DNA of 61,461 nucleotides, the filler included, from Candidatus Nezhaarchaeota archaeon WYZ-LMO8 (lineage in GTDB: Archaea; Thermoproteota; Methanomethylicia; Nezhaarchaeales; WYZ-LMO8), in NCBI GenBank assembly GCA_004347965.1. It is 7 parts of 7 records of this genome, joined end to end, with 100 filler letters (N's around TTAATTAATTAA, not from the genome) between each part and the next. Parts side by side here need not be neighbours in the genome. Positions count along the whole stretch, not along the records: positions 53,786 to 61,461 come from QNVF01000046.1; 6 more parts are not named here. One strand, given 5' to 3'. The translations under genes and the position numbers were made by a program. A model generated the notes under the pieces. It made no database searches. It was not told the origin of the DNA and worked only from the letters and a program-made list of their open reading frames with translations. Below, piece after piece: positions 60,590 through 61,461 of the stretch; positions within the stretch are counted from its first letter, which is position 1, and each line of letters begins with the position of its first letter.

Positions 60590-61449
60590 ATCTTAACCCC
60601 ACGTAAACCTTGTGGCCTTACAAGTAATATGAGTAACGCTAACAGCATAGGCACCACATCCTTTAGATAAGCAGCCCCCGGTATTAGGAAGACCACAATA
60701 TTTTCTGCAAAACCTATGATAAATGATGCGATTATACATCCGTAAAAGCTTCCCAATCCACCCATTATTGCTATAGCTAAAAGTACTAGTAGTGGATGAA
60801 GCCACATGGTGGAGCTCCATGGATACATAGGGGCCACTACAACTCCAGCCACTCCCGCCAAGAAAACTGCAATCACATTAGCGTAAAGCTTAACTCTATG
60901 AGGATTTATGCCGAGCAAGACTGCCATTTCACTATCTTGTGCAGCAGCTCGAAGAGTAGTACCGAGTGGTGTCCTAAACTGTATGATCCAGAAAAGTATG
61001 ATAACAAACAAAACTGCTGACAAAGTTAGAAAATATTGTAGGGGGATGTGAACATTCATTATTGATATTGTGCCTTCAATAACTGATGGGATAATTAGAT
61101 ACAAGACACCAGCTGTAATGAAGTGAGATATAACTGATGCCATGATGGCGCCTATTATGAACGTCAAAACCAGCATTATCAGCTCGTGCCCTGTTATTTG
61201 CTGGATAAAATACTGAATAGCTGTACCGATAATCGTTACAAGCAATATCGAAAGGATAACTGCAGGCAGTATAGGGAGACCTACATCAACACGAAGCCAA
61301 TAAAGGAGGAAAGCCCCGAGCATATAATAAACTGTGTACGCAAGATTAAGCATTCTACCAACACTATACAACAAGCTGAAGCCAGATGCTAAGATAGCGT
61401 AAGTAGATGAAGCGATTAAGCATATCAAAATCTGAAGTATCATGATCAA
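60586..61449 (-). CDS. livH: Branched-chain amino acid-type ABC permease (LivH-like)
   Basis: GFSLLYSV..LNLA, LRAAAQD..MA.LLGIN, GGLGS, RPQGL. Confidence 0.87.
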   Translation of the reverse strand: MIMILQILICLIASSTYAILASGFSLLYSVGRMLNLAYTVYYMLGAFLLYWLRVDVGLPILPAVILSILLVTIIGTAIQYFIQQITGHELIMLVLTFIIGAIMASVISHFITAGVLYLIIPSVIEGTISIMNVHIPLQYFLTLSAVLFVIILFWIIQFRTPLGTTLRAAAQDSEMAVLLGINPHRVKLYANVIAVFLAGVAGVVVAPMYPWSSTMWLHPLLVLLAIAIMGGLGSFYGCIIASFIIGFAENIVVFLIPGAAYLKDVVPMLLALLILLVRPQGLRGVKI

Positions 61450-61461
61450 TCACCAAAAAAA

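Noticed and set aside
1555..61392. Many antisense or overlapping track ORFs (e.g. 1555-1878, 5707-6090, 14647-14979, 55536-55970, 58177-58794)
   Set aside because: They lie opposite well-supported genes and show no motifs
1..61461. CRISPR array, rRNA genes, IS transposases
   Set aside because: No regularly spaced repeats, rRNA-like segments or transposase motifs seen

Overview
Archaeal DNA from a TACK/Thermoproteota-like lineage (Cren7 homologue, Orc1/Cdc6, aRF1, eL13, intron-containing tRNAs, C/D box sRNAs). The window is seven contigs joined by artificial 100-bp N44-TTAATTAATTAA-N44 spacers; the five complete contigs are in decreasing length order, so adjacency across gaps is not biological. 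Content is mostly housekeeping and metabolic genes, six tRNA genes, at least three C/D guide RNAs and a decayed tRNA-Gly-integrated element. Best leads: (1) the mtnA-like gene is interrupted inside its THCNAG motif by a 27-nt stop-containing insert (6124-6150) with bulge-helix-bulge geometry whose predicted excision restores the Asn codon, i.e. a candidate archaeal pre-mRNA intron outside cbf5; (2) an ~897-aa protein fusing two classic-clade AAA+ modules to a Lon (S16) Ser-Lys protease domain, overlapping a membrane-protein gene; (3) a C/D sRNA whose two guides both pair with the intron-containing pre-tRNA-Leu and point to wobble position 34; (4) an att copy matching tRNA-Gly(GCC) although the element lies behind tRNA-Gly(TCC); (5) an unassigned glycyl-radical enzyme and activase beside an amino-acid-type ABC transporter; (6) a 46-aa Cys/His-containing Cren7 missed by the ORF track. 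All calls come from reading motifs by eye; no searches were run.
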